DNA from: Candidatus Phoenicimicrobium oleiphilum | GTDB lineage: Bacteria > Atribacterota > Phoenicimicrobiia > Phoenicimicrobiales > Phoenicimicrobiaceae | Assembly: GCA_039638295.1 (NCBI GenBank) | Contig: JBDIWJ010000004.1 | Span: forward strand, 8,874-72,873 | Direction of reading: 5' to 3' | Length of the DNA: 64,000 nt | In this document: positions 63,969 through 64,000 of the stretch, in pieces | Layout of the letters: the number at the start of each line of letters is the position of its first letter | Numbering within the stretch: position 1 is the stretch's first letter | Program-made: the position numbers and the translations under genes | The notes under the pieces: generated by a model | Seen by the model: only the letters and a program-made list of their open reading frames with translations | What the model was told of the DNA's origin: nothing | Databases searched by the model: none

Positions 63969-64000
63969 GTTGATTAATGAATTAATAATTCAAAAAAGAA

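Noticed and set aside
1-64000. Defence or other multi-gene accessory systems: restriction-modification, toxin-antitoxin, Abi, retron, DGR, BREX-like, prophage, and secondary-metabolite clusters.
   Set aside because: I recognised no reverse transcriptase, methyltransferase-nuclease pair, integrase, phage structural gene or TA-sized gene pair. The CPBP (Abi-family) protease at 60320 stands alone, with no adjacent bacteriocin-like small ORF on either strand.

Overview
This is a 64-kb window from a low-G+C bacterium. By eye about one third of bases are G+C; I did not compute it. The gene content suggests an anaerobe: butyrate kinases, 2-oxoacid:ferredoxin oxidoreductase, hybrid-cluster protein and a Na+-pumping decarboxylase. 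I cannot assign a taxon from sequence alone.

All 59 long protein-coding calls, three tRNAs (Gln-CUG, Glu-CUC, Asn-GUU) and the tmRNA lie on the + strand. Every minus-strand ORF in the supplied track looks like a shadow ORF.

Gene content, in order:
- Tail of a Na+-translocating decarboxylase operon.
- DUF5693-like protein and csaB.
- ftsE, ftsX, an M23 (EnvC-like) peptidase, an S41 protease and a YibQ-like protein.
- gltX, tRNA-Gln and tRNA-Glu.
- greA and a Sua5/TsaC gene.
- A nine-gene aromatic supraoperon: aroH, DAHP synthase, aroA, aroE, aroC, aroK, aroB, aroQ, tyrA.
- smpB and ssrA, then glnS.
- A cell-wall and housekeeping block: AI-2E transporter, amidase, GerMN, tlyA, nadK, recN.
- A sigma-54 activator with a buk, aminotransferase, ptb, buk, P-loop, ferredoxin, oxidoreductase alpha-beta-gamma fermentation cluster.
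- M20 peptidase, NUDIX hydrolase, EndoQ-like protein, dnaG, rpoD and tRNA-Asn.
- A visibly G+C-richer block after tRNA-Asn: ArsR, ABC-2 exporter, MOT1-like transporter, Rrf2, an HD-Hcp fusion ORF, a cupin and a 5'-truncated CopB-like ATPase.
- CPBP protease, a long-form ndk, a transposase remnant, an ICMT-family protein and an MscS-family channel.

I recognise no defence system, CRISPR array, prophage or intact mobile element.

Most interesting signals:
1. An unannotated 30-codon leader ORF with five consecutive Tyr codons, followed by overlapping alternative hairpins and a terminator, in front of the aro/tyrA supraoperon. This looks like a ribosome-mediated attenuator.
2. Several families of hairpin and heptamer repeats filling almost every inter-operon gap, and some intra-operon gaps.
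3. The tRNA-Asn-adjacent island-like block, which contains an HD-Hcp in-frame fusion, a hidden Cys/His-rich small ORF and a structured G+C-rich non-coding segment.

All functional calls rest on my recognition of the translated ORFs and motifs. No database search was possible.
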